A DNA stretch of 64,000 bases from the NCBI GenBank assembly GCA_963828525.1, contig CAWHEP010000008.1:1-64000 (forward strand). Direction: 5' to 3'. The notes under the pieces were generated by a model, which worked only from the letters and a program-made list of their open reading frames with translations, did no database searches and was not told the DNA's origin. The position numbers were made by a program, and so were the translations under genes. Below are positions 1-9,912 of this stretch, one piece after another. Position 1 is the stretch's first letter. Each line of letters begins with the position of its first letter. The stretch comes from an uncultured Verrucomicrobiae bacterium. GTDB taxonomy: Bacteria; Verrucomicrobiota; Verrucomicrobiia; Chthoniobacterales; Chthoniobacteraceae.

Positions 1-326
1 TCATCGTGTAAGCGGGGGCACCGGCATTGAACGTAATGCCAGCGATGTTGAAGGCGCTGGTGGTGAGAGTGTTCGTCAACGTGGCGCTGAGCGAATTGTT
101 CGTGCTGCTGAACACGAGCGGTCGCCGGAAACCGGCGGCTTATTTGTGGACGCCGCAGCCCAATTGGCTGCCGTCGCCCAATCTGTGCTACCGGCGCTTC
201 CCTGCCAAGCATCCGTGCGATTGCGGCGTTGGCGGACCGGCTGGCGCAGAAAAGGACGAGAGCGATGAGAGCGATCTGCCGCGCCAGGGAACGGAGAGAG
301 GTTTTTACGGATTGGGATGTTTTCAT
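1..326 (-). CDS. N-terminal part of a secreted autotransporter-associated beta-strand-repeat-type protein (runs off the window edge; frameshifted)
   Basis: ATG at 326 gives MKTSQSVKTSLRSLARQIALIALVLFCASRSANAA, a Sec signal ending in AxA. After an indel it reads DAWQGSAGSTDWATAANW...PPVSGD, and after another LVFSSTNNSLSATLTNTL...IAGITFNAGAPAYTM. This W...W...NW / GD-LVF / GITF..GA.AYT pattern is typical of verrucomicrobial passenger proteins. Confidence 0.6.
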   Translation of the reverse strand, partial: MKTSQSVKTSLRSLARQIALIALVLFCASRSANAAIARMLGREAPVAQIGRRQPIGLRRPQISRRFPATARVQQHEQFAQRHVDEHSHHQRLQHRWHYVQCRCPRLHD

Positions 327-647
327 GTTATTTGGGGAACGTGTTAGGCTCTGGGGTTCTGCGAAAGGGGTTGGGGAAGCTTGGTGTAAAAAGGGGTGTA
401 TTTGGAGCGGAATGCGGAAACTTTGATGAGATTACGGATTTTTCTGAATATGCGCAAGAAAAATTATCGAACAGAGGAAAGAAATTTTGGTTTGCCTAGG
501 GCAGCGGAGTGCTCTTGGAGTGAGAACGTGGTGGCGTGGACGGGAGTGTTGGGGTGTGGTTATAAGTGTAGGGACGGGATTTTGGGTTTGGCTCTGGGGC
601 GGCGGGTGCGTTGGAGCGGCATAATATTTTATCTACTGGGATGGGGA

Positions 648-698
648 CGAAGTGCAACTTCGGGGACAATTGCGTGACCAAGTACAACTTGGTAACGA
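648..698. repeat. REP-like pair of short palindromes
   Basis: CGAAGTGCAACTTCG (648-662) and CGTGACCAAGTACAACTTGGTAACG (673-697) are two hairpins sharing an AAGT(G/A)CAACTT core. Confidence 0.5.
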
Positions 699-717
699 GG
701 CAGACGAGAGCACGGGC

Positions 718-754
718 AGGGCGGCGGGGGCGCTTGCGCACCCCTCGCCGTCCT
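718..754 (-). terminator. GC-rich hairpin just downstream of ppdK (terminator or stabiliser)
   Basis: On the minus strand, GGACGGCGAGGGGTGC-GCAA-GCGCCCCCGCCGCCCT forms an imperfect stem with a GNRA loop, starting about 16 nt after the stop. There is no clear U-tract. Confidence 0.4.
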
Positions 755-770
755 AAACCCGTTGCCAGCT

Positions 771-3557
771 CTAAGCCAGGGCCGCTTGGGCGGCGGCCAG
801 TCTTGCTATGGGGACCCGGAAAGGGCTGCAGCTTACGTAATCGAGGCCGAGACTGATGGCAGAACTTTACGCTTTCGGGTTCTCCGCCATGCTCTCCGCA
901 GATGCCGAGCTTGATGTCGGGTCGCGTCTCACCTGCCGAGATCACGGGCTATTTCCATGAGCCGCCCGACGCCTTTTTGGTCGATGGTGGCGAAAGGGTT
1001 GCTGGAGACGATCTCGTGCTCGATGTAGCCGGGAAGGAAGCTGCCGGAATCATCGCGGCTCATGCCTAATGTTGTCTGGGTGAGGTCGTTTGTTCCGAAG
1101 CTGAAGAACTCCGCATCGACCGCGATGGTGTCGGCAACGAGCGCGGCGCGGGGAATCTCGATCATCGTGCCGACAAGATAGTTCAAGCTTGATTTTCTTC
1201 TCCTTTGATACCTCAGCCGCGACGCGGCGGACGACCTCCAGTTGCAGCTTCAGTTCTTTCGAAAAGCCGACCAGCGGAATCATGATTTCCGGCTTAACCT
1301 TTATGCCGCTCTTCTGGACGATGGCGGCGGCTTCGAATACCGCGCGCGCCTGCATCTCCGAAATTTCAGGGTAGATGATTCCGAGGCGGCAGCCGCGATG
1401 CCCCAGCATCGGGTTGAACTCATGCAGTTCATGCACGCGCTTGGAGATTCCTCGATGGAGACCTTGAGCTTGGCCGCCAATTCCTTCTGCGCGCCGGCTT
1501 CATGAGGCAGGAACTCGTGGAGCGGAGGATCAAGGAGGCGGATCGTGGCAGGGAGGCCCTTGAGCGCCTTGAAGATGCCTACGAAGTCCTCGCGTTGGTA
1601 AGGAAGCAGCTTTGCCAACGCCGCGGCACGGTCTTCCTTGGTCGAGGCAAGAATCATCTCCCGCATCGCATCGATGCGGTCGCCTTCAAAGAACATGTGT
1701 TCCGTCCTGCAGAGGCCGACCCCCTGCGCGCCAAAGGCTATTGCGTTCTCCACCTGGTCGGGCGAATCGGCATTGGTCCGGACCTGTAGTTTCCGGAACT
1801 TGTCCGTCCAGGTCATCAACTGCTCGTAGTTCTTGTAGATCGCGCTCTTCTTCGGCGAGAGAGATTTGCCGACAAGCACCTGGACGACTTCCGAAGGGGC
1901 GGTAAGAACCTCTCCCGCAAAAACTTCACCGGAGGAACCATCGATGGAGATGGCATCTCCCTCCTTCAACACGGTATCGCCAGCGGTAAGAGTTTTCTTC
2001 TCGTAATCGATGCGGAGGTCAGCGCGCGCCACAGACGCAGACCTTGCCCATCTGCCTCGCCACGAGGGCCGCGTGAGAGGAAACCCCTCCGCGAGCAGTG
2101 AGGATGCCTTCGGCCGCGATCATCCCGCGCAAGATCTTCCGGCGAAGTCTCAACGCGCGCGAGCACAACTTTGCTTCCTTTTTCCGCGAGTTCGACGGCA
2201 TCAAGCGCGTTGAACACAAGTTTGCCGCTGGCGGCACCCGGGCCGGCCGGGAGGCCGCTTGCGATTTTGTTGGCTTTTTCGCCGAGTCGCGGTCAAAGAT
2301 CGGGGCGAAAACATGGGCGAGCGAATCAGCGGGGATGCGCTTTACCGCGTCCTCCTTGGAAATCAGCCGTTCGTTTACCATATCGACAGCCGATCTTGAC
2401 GGCTGCGAGGCCGGTGCGTTTCCCATTCCTGGTCTGGAGGATGTACAGGCGATTTTCTTCGACCGTGAACTCGATATCCTGCATATCCTTGAAATGATTT
2501 TCCAGGAGGGCGCGGATTTTTTGCAATTCCTTGTAGGCGGCGGGCATTTCCCGTGCAAGTTGGGACACGGGGTTTGGCGTGCGCACCCCGGCGACGACAT
2601 CCTCTCCCTGCGCATTGATGAGATACTCGCCGTAAAATACTTTTTCGCCCGTCGCGGGATCACGGGTAAAGGCCACACCTGTGGCGCTGGAGTCGCCCAT
2701 GTTTCCAAATACCATTGTCTGGACATTGACGGCGGTGCCCCACTCGTAGGGGAATTCCGTATTTGCGGCGATACACAATCGCGCGGTCATTATTCCAGGA
2801 GCCGAAAACGGCACCGACGGAACCCCACATCTGCGCGCGAGGGATCCTGTGGGAAGGTCTTGCCGATGCGGCTCTTTGATGAGGGCCTTGAAATTTCGCC
2901 ACCATGCTTTTGAGATCATCGACGCTGAGTTCGGTATCCTTCTCCACGCCAGCCTAATGTTTGACTTCCTCGATGAGGATTTCAAACGGCTCGTGCTCTT
3001 CGCCCTCGCGCTTCTGCACTCCCATGACGACATCGCCATACATCTGGATGAAGCGCCGGTAGGAATCCCACGCGAAACGTGGGTTGCCGCTCTTTGAGGC
3101 GACGACTTCCACAACTTTGTCGTTCATCCCAAGATTTAGAATTGTGTCCATCATGCCCGGCATGGAATCGCGGGCTCCCGATCTGACTGAAAGCAGCAGC
3201 GGGTTTTCCAAGATCGCCCAGTTTTTGCCAACGGACTTCTCGATTTTGCAAGCGCGCTCTCAACCTGGGCGGAAAGATCGGCAGGATACTTTTTGCCATT
3301 GCCGGAAAAGAACGTGCAGACCTCCGTGGTAATTGTGAATCCAGGAGGCACCGGCAGACCGATTCGGGTCATCTCTGCCAGGTTTGCGCCCTTCCCGCCG
3401 AGGAGAGGCTTCATCTTGCCATCCCCATCCGCCTTGCCATCGCCAAAATAATAAACGAGCCGCTCGGGTTTCGATTTTCCCGTTCTTGTCGGACTTGCGT
3501 CGGGAGGTGAATTGAGCGGGTTGACTTGCGGTGGGATTTCTTACTTTTGACGGACAT
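771..3557 (-). CDS. ppdK: pyruvate, phosphate dikinase (about ten frameshifts, probably sequencing indels)
   Basis: Consecutive ORF fragments carry [50 protein letters not shown], the phospho-His motif [45 protein letters not shown] and GICGEHGG. It ends ...AAAQAALA* at 771. Confidence 0.95.
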
Positions 3558-3611
3558 GGTGGTGAGGATAAGGGTTGACAACGTGTTACTGGGGAGGAGG
3601 GCAGGAGAAAA

Positions 3612-3821
3612 CAAATTCAAGAGCGGGGCCTGTTCCGCGAGGACTTCGGCCAGGAGCGTGGTAAACTCCGCGACGCCGGTGCTGGGAACAATCACGGAGT
3701 TTCGCCTGCCATGGGCTTCTTCGGTGATGCGGAGAAATCTACCGCGATCATTTTCCCGGAATTCGATGAAGAAGTGTTTTCGCTCAACTTGAAGTTCACG
3801 TGCTGCAATGATGTTTTCCAT
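3612..3821 (-). CDS. PUR-alpha/PurA-family single-stranded nucleic-acid-binding protein (3' end uncertain)
   Basis: MENIIAARELQVERKHFFIEFRENDRGRFLRITEEAHGRRNSVIVP resembles a single PUR repeat. The stop appears lost by an indel, so the ORF reads through into the ppdK N-terminus. Confidence 0.7.
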
Positions 3822-4007
3822 ACCTTGGGGGGGCCGAATTGAACCCGCGTAAAAGCGGGAGGGTGAAAGTTGCAAAATTCATGGGCGGCGTAAACAGCTA
3901 TTTGTGAAAACGCAGTAAATGGCGGCAGCGGGAGCAGAAGCCAAGCAGCGCAGGGACGCGCGGACTCAAAGAGCGCCTGTTTGCGCCGCAGCAGAGGCGC
4001 TGTGGTT

Positions 4008-5186
4008 CTACCTTGTGCCCATGCCTACGTTTTGGACTGTTTGGAAGAGTTTGCCTTCGGTTTTGATGGAAGGGGCAATGATGATCTCGGTCTCCTGAAA
4101 ATCACGGATGGACATCGCTCCTACGTTGCCCATGCAGGTGGTAATCGCGCCGACCAGGTTCTGGCTGCCATCGTCTACTTCCGCGGGGCCGAAGAGGATT
4201 TGCTTGAGGGAGCCGGTGGTTCCGACCCGGATACGGGTGCCGCGAGGAAGATTGGCGTGGGGAGTGGCCATGCCCCAGTGGTAGCCTTTACCGGGGGCTT
4301 CGAGGGCCTTGGCGAACGCGCTGCCAACCATGACGGCATCGGCGCCGCAGGCGAGGGCTTTGCAGACGTCGCCGCCTTTATTCATGCCGCCATCGGTGAT
4401 GATGGGGACGTAGCGGCGTGAGCGTTTGAAGTAGGCGTCGCGAGCGGCGGCGCAATCGACGGTGGCGGTGACTTGCGGAACGCCGAGGCCGAGGACGCCA
4501 CGGGAGGTACACGCGGCACCGGGGCCGACGCCGACCAGGATGCCGGCGACGCCGCATTCCATGATCTCGAAGGTGACGGAGTAGCCGACGGTGTTTCCGA
4601 CGATGACGGGAATGGTCATGTCTTTGCAGAAACCGGCAAGGTCGAGAGATTTATATTCAGAAGAGATGTGGCGGACGGTGGAGACGGTGCTCTGGACAAC
4701 GAACACATCCGCGCCCGCTTCCTGGGCGATACGGCCATAGGCCGCGGCCTTCTGCGGGATGGAACTGACGGCGGCGAAGCCATTGGAGGCCTTGATCTCG
4801 CGGACGCGGGCCGCGATGAGGTCTTCCTGGATCGGTTCGAGGTAAATCTTCTGCAAGAGGGCAGTGATCTGCTCCTTGTCGGCTTCAAGGACTTTCTGGA
4901 GGACTTCCTCGGGATCTTTATACCGGGTCTGTATTCCCTCAAGATTCAGGACGGCGAGTCCTCCGAGCTTGCCCATCGCGACGGCGAAACGAACGTCCAC
5001 GACGCCATCCATGGCGCTGGCCAGGATCGGGATGCCAAGTTTGAGGGGTTCCTGATCCCGGCGCGGGATGCAGAAAGAAATGTCCACTTCGTTCGGGTTA
5101 ATCGTGATCTCGCCCGGAACGAGGGCAATTTCATCAAACCCATAAGTCACGCGCGCTTTGCGGTTACGTCCTATCCACATTCCCAT
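4008..5186 (-). CDS. guaB3: GuaB3-family IMP dehydrogenase-related protein
   Basis: YGFDEIALVP, ASAMDGVVD, catalytic loop GVGPGAACTSRGVLG, DGG and WGMAT motifs. 392 aa with no CBS domains. Confidence 0.9.
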   Translation of the reverse strand: MGMWIGRNRKARVTYGFDEIALVPGEITINPNEVDISFCIPRRDQEPLKLGIPILASAMDGVVDVRFAVAMGKLGGLAVLNLEGIQTRYKDPEEVLQKVLEADKEQITALLQKIYLEPIQEDLIAARVREIKASNGFAAVSSIPQKAAAYGRIAQEAGADVFVVQSTVSTVRHISSEYKSLDLAGFCKDMTIPVIVGNTVGYSVTFEIMECGVAGILVGVGPGAACTSRGVLGLGVPQVTATVDCAAARDAYFKRSRRYVPIITDGGMNKGGDVCKALACGADAVMVGSAFAKALEAPGKGYHWGMATPHANLPRGTRIRVGTTGSLKQILFGPAEVDDGSQNLVGAITTCMGNVGAMSIRDFQETEIIIAPSIKTEGKLFQTVQNVGMGTR

Positions 5187-5188
5187 AG

Positions 5189-5428
5189 CTATAAGGTTCC
5201 CAGTCTAAGTCTTTCGTTCAAGCTGCCGCATCGCGGGCATTGCGGCAGGGTGGTGTTGGTTCTGTCTTCAAAATCAAAGGCGCAAATGACGCAGCGGACG
5301 CGGTAGCGCAAGGCGCTTTTTTCGCGACGGCTTCCGGCCCACGCATACAATACCCATGCCAGAAAAATCGCGGCAAGAAAAACAAACAGGTAAATGAAAA
5401 GGAGCCTGGAAAGGCTGACGTGGATCAC
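5189..5428 (-). CDS. small membrane protein with C-terminal zinc ribbon
   Basis: GTG start overlaps the upstream stop. One TM helix is followed by CVIC...CPRC. Confidence 0.7.
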   Translation of the reverse strand: MIHVSLSRLLFIYLFVFLAAIFLAWVLYAWAGSRREKSALRYRVRCVICAFDFEDRTNTTLPQCPRCGSLNERLRLGTL

Positions 5429-6180
5429 GGCGCCTTCCCACCCGGCGCGTACGCGTCGCTGCCCCAGAAGAAGCTGGCGACGCCCCATGAGAGAGGCTCG
5501 CGACCGGGGGCGAAACGGGCTTTTTTCAGGCGCGCCTCGGCGCTGTCATCAATCGCCGATTCACCGGAGGAGTTTTGCAAGAAGTGGTAAAGCACCTCGC
5601 CGGTGTCTGTGACGCCGATGAGGAAGCGGGCGGGTTCCAGAATCTGAGTCGCGGCATGGAGCGGGATGAGGGCCTCGGGGTTTTGCGCGAGGCGACCCGC
5701 GAGCGGCCCGAACACCTGAAACCGGCTCGCGGCCAGGCGCGGGACGGCATCAGGGGCGCGCCTTGAATCGAAGATGCTCGAGAGCACCTGGTTAGGGTCG
5801 AGAGCGGGAGGTGGGACCACCGGCGCGGATTCCGGTATGAAAGGCTTCGGCGCGCTATGAACCCCCGCGAAAGAAGGGCGATAAGGAAAATCGAGAAAGG
5901 CTCGCGGCACTGGATCCGGGGCTTGAGATAAAAGGGCGGGATCCTGCGCGTCAACCCAGCGCCTTAGGCCTTCGTGCTCCGGCTTCGAGAGATCAAGCAG
6001 AGAGACATCCGGCGGTGGCGGCGCAATGGCGACAGGAGAAGGATAGACAATCTGGAAAACAAAAAACGCGAGGCCGTGGACGATGAGCGAGAGCAGGAGA
6101 AAGCCGGCAAGCATCCGGGCGACCTTGTCACGAGAATGCCATGCAAAGACAAGGGATGACACGCGGGTTGCCGCGCTCAT
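5425..6180 (-). CDS. TonB-like energy transducer
   Basis: N-terminal TM helix with SLIVH (TonB SxxxH motif), a Pro-rich linker and a TonB-C-like end (IGVTDTGEV...SSGESAIDDSA...ARF). Follows exbB/exbD. Confidence 0.7.
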   Translation of the reverse strand: MSAATRVSSLVFAWHSRDKVARMLAGFLLLSLIVHGLAFFVFQIVYPSPVAIAPPPPDVSLLDLSKPEHEGLRRWVDAQDPALLSQAPDPVPRAFLDFPYRPSFAGVHSAPKPFIPESAPVVPPPALDPNQVLSSIFDSRRAPDAVPRLAASRFQVFGPLAGRLAQNPEALIPLHAATQILEPARFLIGVTDTGEVLYHFLQNSSGESAIDDSAEARLKKARFAPGREPLSWGVASFFWGSDAYAPGGKAP

Positions 6181-6578
6181 TTCCGCTCCTCCGTGGCGAG
6201 GACGACCGCATAGCCCGCGCGCAGGCCAAGGTTTGTCACCTGCACAACGAGATTGTACGGCGTGAGCCGATCCGCTTTGACGATGAGCGTCCTGTCCTTG
6301 ACGCCACCTTCATTCAACGCGGCTCCGAGGTCTTCCATGGCGATCCTGTGGTCGCGGAAGTAAATGCAGGCTTGCGGAGACGCAACGATGCTGACGACCG
6401 CCGCGTTGTGCTGCGGAGCGAGGGAAACGGCGGACATCGGCAGGTTTATCGGAATGCCGGGCTGGAGGACGAACGTGGAACTGAGCGCGAGGAAGATCAG
6501 CAGCAGGAAGACGACGTTGATCCCGGGAACCAGAGTGAAGAGCGCCGGATTGGAGCTGACCGAGCGGGTCAGCTTCAT
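6177..6578 (-). CDS. exbD: ExbD/TolR-family biopolymer transporter (TM Asp replaced by Asn)
   Basis: PGINVVFLLLIF TM segment, GIPINLP and LIVKADRLTPY motifs. Coupled to exbB by a 4-bp overlap. Confidence 0.85.
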   Translation of the reverse strand: MKLTRSVSSNPALFTLVPGINVVFLLLIFLALSSTFVLQPGIPINLPMSAVSLAPQHNAAVVSIVASPQACIYFRDHRIAMEDLGAALNEGGVKDRTLIVKADRLTPYNLVVQVTNLGLRAGYAVVLATEERK

Positions 6579-7243
6579 TCCGCCGACAGCTTCCGCCGGG
6601 AGGGATTGCCAAACTCGATGATCTCCGCTCCGCCTTTTTCTCGTTTCTCGGTGATGAGATTAACGATCTCAATGCCAGCGCGCTCCATCTCGCGCATGAG
6701 CGAATTGACACGGGAGGAAAGATAGCTGTAGCCGACGAAACTGGGGATGGAAACCACAAGACCCGCGGCTGTGGTGAGGAGGCTCTGATAGATGCCGCCC
6801 GAGATGTCCGTGGAGCTTGCGTATCCGTTGCGGGCGGAGATCATGACGAACGCCTCGATAAGACCCGTGACGGTGCCAAGCAGGCCGATGAGCGGAGAGA
6901 CGAAAGCAACAGTAGAGAGAACGGCGAGGTTGCGCTCCAGCTTGGGGACTTCAAGCTGGCCCGCTTCCTGAACAATTTCCTTGAGCTCGGCGCGGCTGCT
7001 GTCATGGCGGAGAAGGGCGGCGTGGAGCACGCGAGCAACGGGACCGGGAGCTCCTGCGCATTCCTGGCGGGCCTCGGCGAAGTTACGCCTGTCCAAAAGG
7101 TTTGAGATGCCGCGAAGGAACTCCCCGACGTGGATCGAGATTCGGTGGTAGTAGGCAAGTCTCTCGGCAAAGACACCGACGGAGACGATGCTGCAGAACA
7201 GGATGAGCCACATGAGTGGCCCGCCCAATTGCATGTAATCCAT
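6575..7243 (-). CDS. exbB: MotA/TolQ/ExbB proton-channel family protein
   Basis: [27 protein letters not shown] and [18 protein letters not shown] motifs. Confidence 0.9.
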   Translation of the reverse strand: MDYMQLGGPLMWLILFCSIVSVGVFAERLAYYHRISIHVGEFLRGISNLLDRRNFAEARQECAGAPGPVARVLHAALLRHDSSRAELKEIVQEAGQLEVPKLERNLAVLSTVAFVSPLIGLLGTVTGLIEAFVMISARNGYASSTDISGGIYQSLLTTAAGLVVSIPSFVGYSYLSSRVNSLMREMERAGIEIVNLITEKREKGGAEIIEFGNPSRRKLSAE

Positions 7244-7409
7244 AGGGCATTATTGGAGAAGCGCCTTTGGTTTGCAAGAGCGGGTGTTTCCGCGCGGCGC
7301 GCCGGGGGTTCAAAATTCTTCTTCCGCAAGGGGCGCGCGGGTTCTGCTGTTTCAGGCTCGGAGGAAGTTCGTTCTTCATTCCAAGGCTGCTTTTCGTCAT
7401 TGTTGCGGG

Positions 7410-8504
7410 ATGTCCAGCCAGTTCGGTCATTTGTTCAGACTTTCGACTTGGGGTGAATCACATGGAGGAGGGGTGGGAGTGGTGATCGATGGGTGCCCGC
7501 CCCGGGTGCCGCTGAGTGAAGCGGATATACAGAAGGACCTGGATCGGCGCCGTCCAGGACAGAGCGCGATTGTGACGCCAAGAGCGGAGGAGGATCGATG
7601 CCAAATCCTTTCCGGAGTCTTCGAAGGACGCTCGCTCGGGACGCCTATTTCCATCCTGGTTATGAATAAGGACGCGCGGCCTGAAGCTTACCGCGAGATG
7701 GAGAGCGCGTATCGCCCCTCCCACGCCGATTTCACTTACCAGGAGAAATACGGAATTCGGAACTGGCAGGGAGGAGGGAGGGCTTCAGCGCGGGAGACCA
7801 TCGGACGGGTGGCAGCAGGCGCGGTGGCAAAGAAAGTCTTTGAGGTGATCGCACCCGGGGTGGAGATCGTGGCGTACGTGAAAACGATTCACGAAATGGA
7901 GGCGCGGGTGGACCCGGAGACGGTGACTTTCGCCCAGGCAGAGGCGAACATCGTTCGATGCCCAGACGCAGAGACGGCCGAGAGAATGATCGAGCTGATC
8001 AAACAGGCGCGCAGCGAGGGAGATTCGCTCGGCGGTATAATAGAGTGTGTGATCCGTGGAGCGCCGGCAGGATTGGGCGAGCCCGTGTTCGACAAACTGG
8101 AGGCCGACCTGGCAAAGGCGATGATGAGTTTGCCTGCCACCAAAGGATTTGAGATCGGTTCCGGCTTTGCTGGCACGCGCCTGACCGGAGCGGAGCATAA
8201 CGACGCGTTTGAGTTGCGCGAAGGCCGGGTGAGGACCGTCACAAACCGGTCCGGGGGAATCCAGGGGGGAATCAGCAACGGGGAAAACATCCTCTTCCGC
8301 GTGGCCTTCAAACCAACGGCTACCATCTCGAAACCGCAACAGACGGTTACCGACGAAGGGGAGGAGATCAGCCTCGCCGCGAGGGGCCGGCACGATCCCT
8401 GTGTGCTGCCCCGGGCGGCGCCAATCGTGGAAGCGATGGCGGCGTTGGTATTGTGCGACCACCTGTTGCGCCAGCGGGCGCAATGCGGTTTGCCCCGACC
8501 CTGA
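7410..8504 (+). CDS. aroC: chorismate synthase
   Basis: [35 protein letters not shown] and GRHDPCV signature motifs. Confidence 0.97.
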   Translation: MSSQFGHLFRLSTWGESHGGGVGVVIDGCPPRVPLSEADIQKDLDRRRPGQSAIVTPRAEEDRCQILSGVFEGRSLGTPISILVMNKDARPEAYREMESAYRPSHADFTYQEKYGIRNWQGGGRASARETIGRVAAGAVAKKVFEVIAPGVEIVAYVKTIHEMEARVDPETVTFAQAEANIVRCPDAETAERMIELIKQARSEGDSLGGIIECVIRGAPAGLGEPVFDKLEADLAKAMMSLPATKGFEIGSGFAGTRLTGAEHNDAFELREGRVRTVTNRSGGIQGGISNGENILFRVAFKPTATISKPQQTVTDEGEEISLAARGRHDPCVLPRAAPIVEAMAALVLCDHLLRQRAQCGLPRP

Positions 8505-8522
8505 ACAGATGAAGAAGAACGC

Positions 8523-9890
8523 ATGATCTTCTCGCTGCTCCTGTGCCTGCTGGGCCTGTGCGTTTCGGCGTGTACAACGCCTTATTTCATTCAATTCAGC
8601 CGCAAAGGATTCGGACTGGAATCCGACACCGAGCGGAAAGGCGCCCACGGCCTCACGCCGCGCCTGGGGGGTCTGCCGATCATGGTGGCGCTCACGAGTT
8701 GCCTGGCCCTCATTTTCTGGATAAGCCGGGGGCAGGCTCGAGAATGGACTGCCATATTGGCAGGGGGGACGCTGATGTTTGGGCTTGGGACCTGGGATGA
8801 CCTGCGACGCATCCCGGCACGGTGGAAGATAGGCGGGCAGGTATTGATAGCGGCGCTCGTGTATCTGCTGGGGCTCGGGATCGCCCACATCTCTTACGCG
8901 AACGCCCACTGGAATGTGCGGCTCGGGCCGACAGCAAGCTTCCTGACGACGATTTTCTGGCTGATCACGATCCCAAACGTCATAGACCTGATCGATGGGT
9001 TTGAAGGACTCGCGAGCGGACTCGCCATGTTCATGAGCGTGACACTCGGAATCGTAGCCACGCTGTCCAACCAGATGGCGGAGGCATGGTTCGCCTTCTC
9101 CCTCGCTGGGGGCCTGATGGGCTTCCTGTTCTTCAATCTACCTCCATCGCGAATGCTGCTGGGCGATGGCGGAGCCTACCTCGTCGGTTTTTGCATCGCG
9201 GGTCTCTCCCTGAAGACATCCAACAAAGGGGCGGTGGCGTCAGTGCTGCTCGTTACGGTGGTGGTGCTTGGGATTCCGATTCTGGATGCCACGTTCACAA
9301 TCCTGCGCCGCATCGCTCGAGGATTTCCCATGTTCCAAAGCGATGAGGACCATATACACCATCGGTTGCGCGACCTGGGATTTTCGACGGGGCGCATCCT
9401 GATCGCGATGTACGGCATCTGCGTGTTGCTGAGCCTCGTCGGGCTAAGCATCTTCTGGAGCCAGGGCAGGACCATCCCGATTGCGGTGGGGATGCTATTT
9501 CTGCTGGCGGTGTTCGCGGCGCGTTATCTGCATTATGTGCGGAGCTGGACTGACCTCCGGAGCCAGCTCGGGCGCGTGCTTTCAAGACGCCAGACGGTGC
9601 GTTACGCGCTGCTGCAGGCGCAACTGCTTGAGATGGAAATCCAGCGTTGTGACGACGCCGACGAGTTTTGGCTGCTGTTCCAAAATGCCCTGAGACGCGT
9701 GGGCCTCGTGGCGCGGGGGCCGGGAGAGAAAACGCGGGAAGCGGCAATCATCATTCCTTTCGGCGGAAGCGGGTCACTGACCATGGTCGCGCCAGTGAAC
9801 GCCCGAACGTGGGTGCGAATCGTGGAATGTTTTCAGCCCGCGTACGAGAAGGCGCTGGCAAAGTGGGACGAGCCGCTGGAGGAAAGTTAA
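8523..9890 (+). CDS. MraY/WecA-family undecaprenyl-phosphate N-acetylhexosamine-1-phosphate transferase
   Basis: TPRLGG, WDDLRR, DLIDGFEGLASG, FFNLPPSRMLLGDGG and HIHHRL motifs, with multiple TM helices. Confidence 0.85.
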   Translation: MIFSLLLCLLGLCVSACTTPYFIQFSRKGFGLESDTERKGAHGLTPRLGGLPIMVALTSCLALIFWISRGQAREWTAILAGGTLMFGLGTWDDLRRIPARWKIGGQVLIAALVYLLGLGIAHISYANAHWNVRLGPTASFLTTIFWLITIPNVIDLIDGFEGLASGLAMFMSVTLGIVATLSNQMAEAWFAFSLAGGLMGFLFFNLPPSRMLLGDGGAYLVGFCIAGLSLKTSNKGAVASVLLVTVVVLGIPILDATFTILRRIARGFPMFQSDEDHIHHRLRDLGFSTGRILIAMYGICVLLSLVGLSIFWSQGRTIPIAVGMLFLLAVFAARYLHYVRSWTDLRSQLGRVLSRRQTVRYALLQAQLLEMEIQRCDDADEFWLLFQNALRRVGLVARGPGEKTREAAIIIPFGGSGSLTMVAPVNARTWVRIVECFQPAYEKALAKWDEPLEES

Positions 9891-9912
9891 GGCGCTGTCG
9901 AGGGAGAACGAC

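Noticed and set aside
541..606. G-quadruplex-like G tracts in a G/T-skewed intergenic region
   Set aside because: The loops are irregular, the pattern can arise by chance in GC-rich DNA, and sequence quality is poor in this part of the window.
771..3557. ppdK as a pseudogene or programmed-frameshift gene
   Set aside because: All catalytic motifs are conserved, and single-base indels also hit essential acpP and many unrelated genes. This pattern fits long-read errors.
3411..3875. Apparent PUR-domain/PPDK N-terminus fusion ORF
   Set aside because: Most simply explained by one indel removing the PUR gene stop. The linker reads like an intergenic region.
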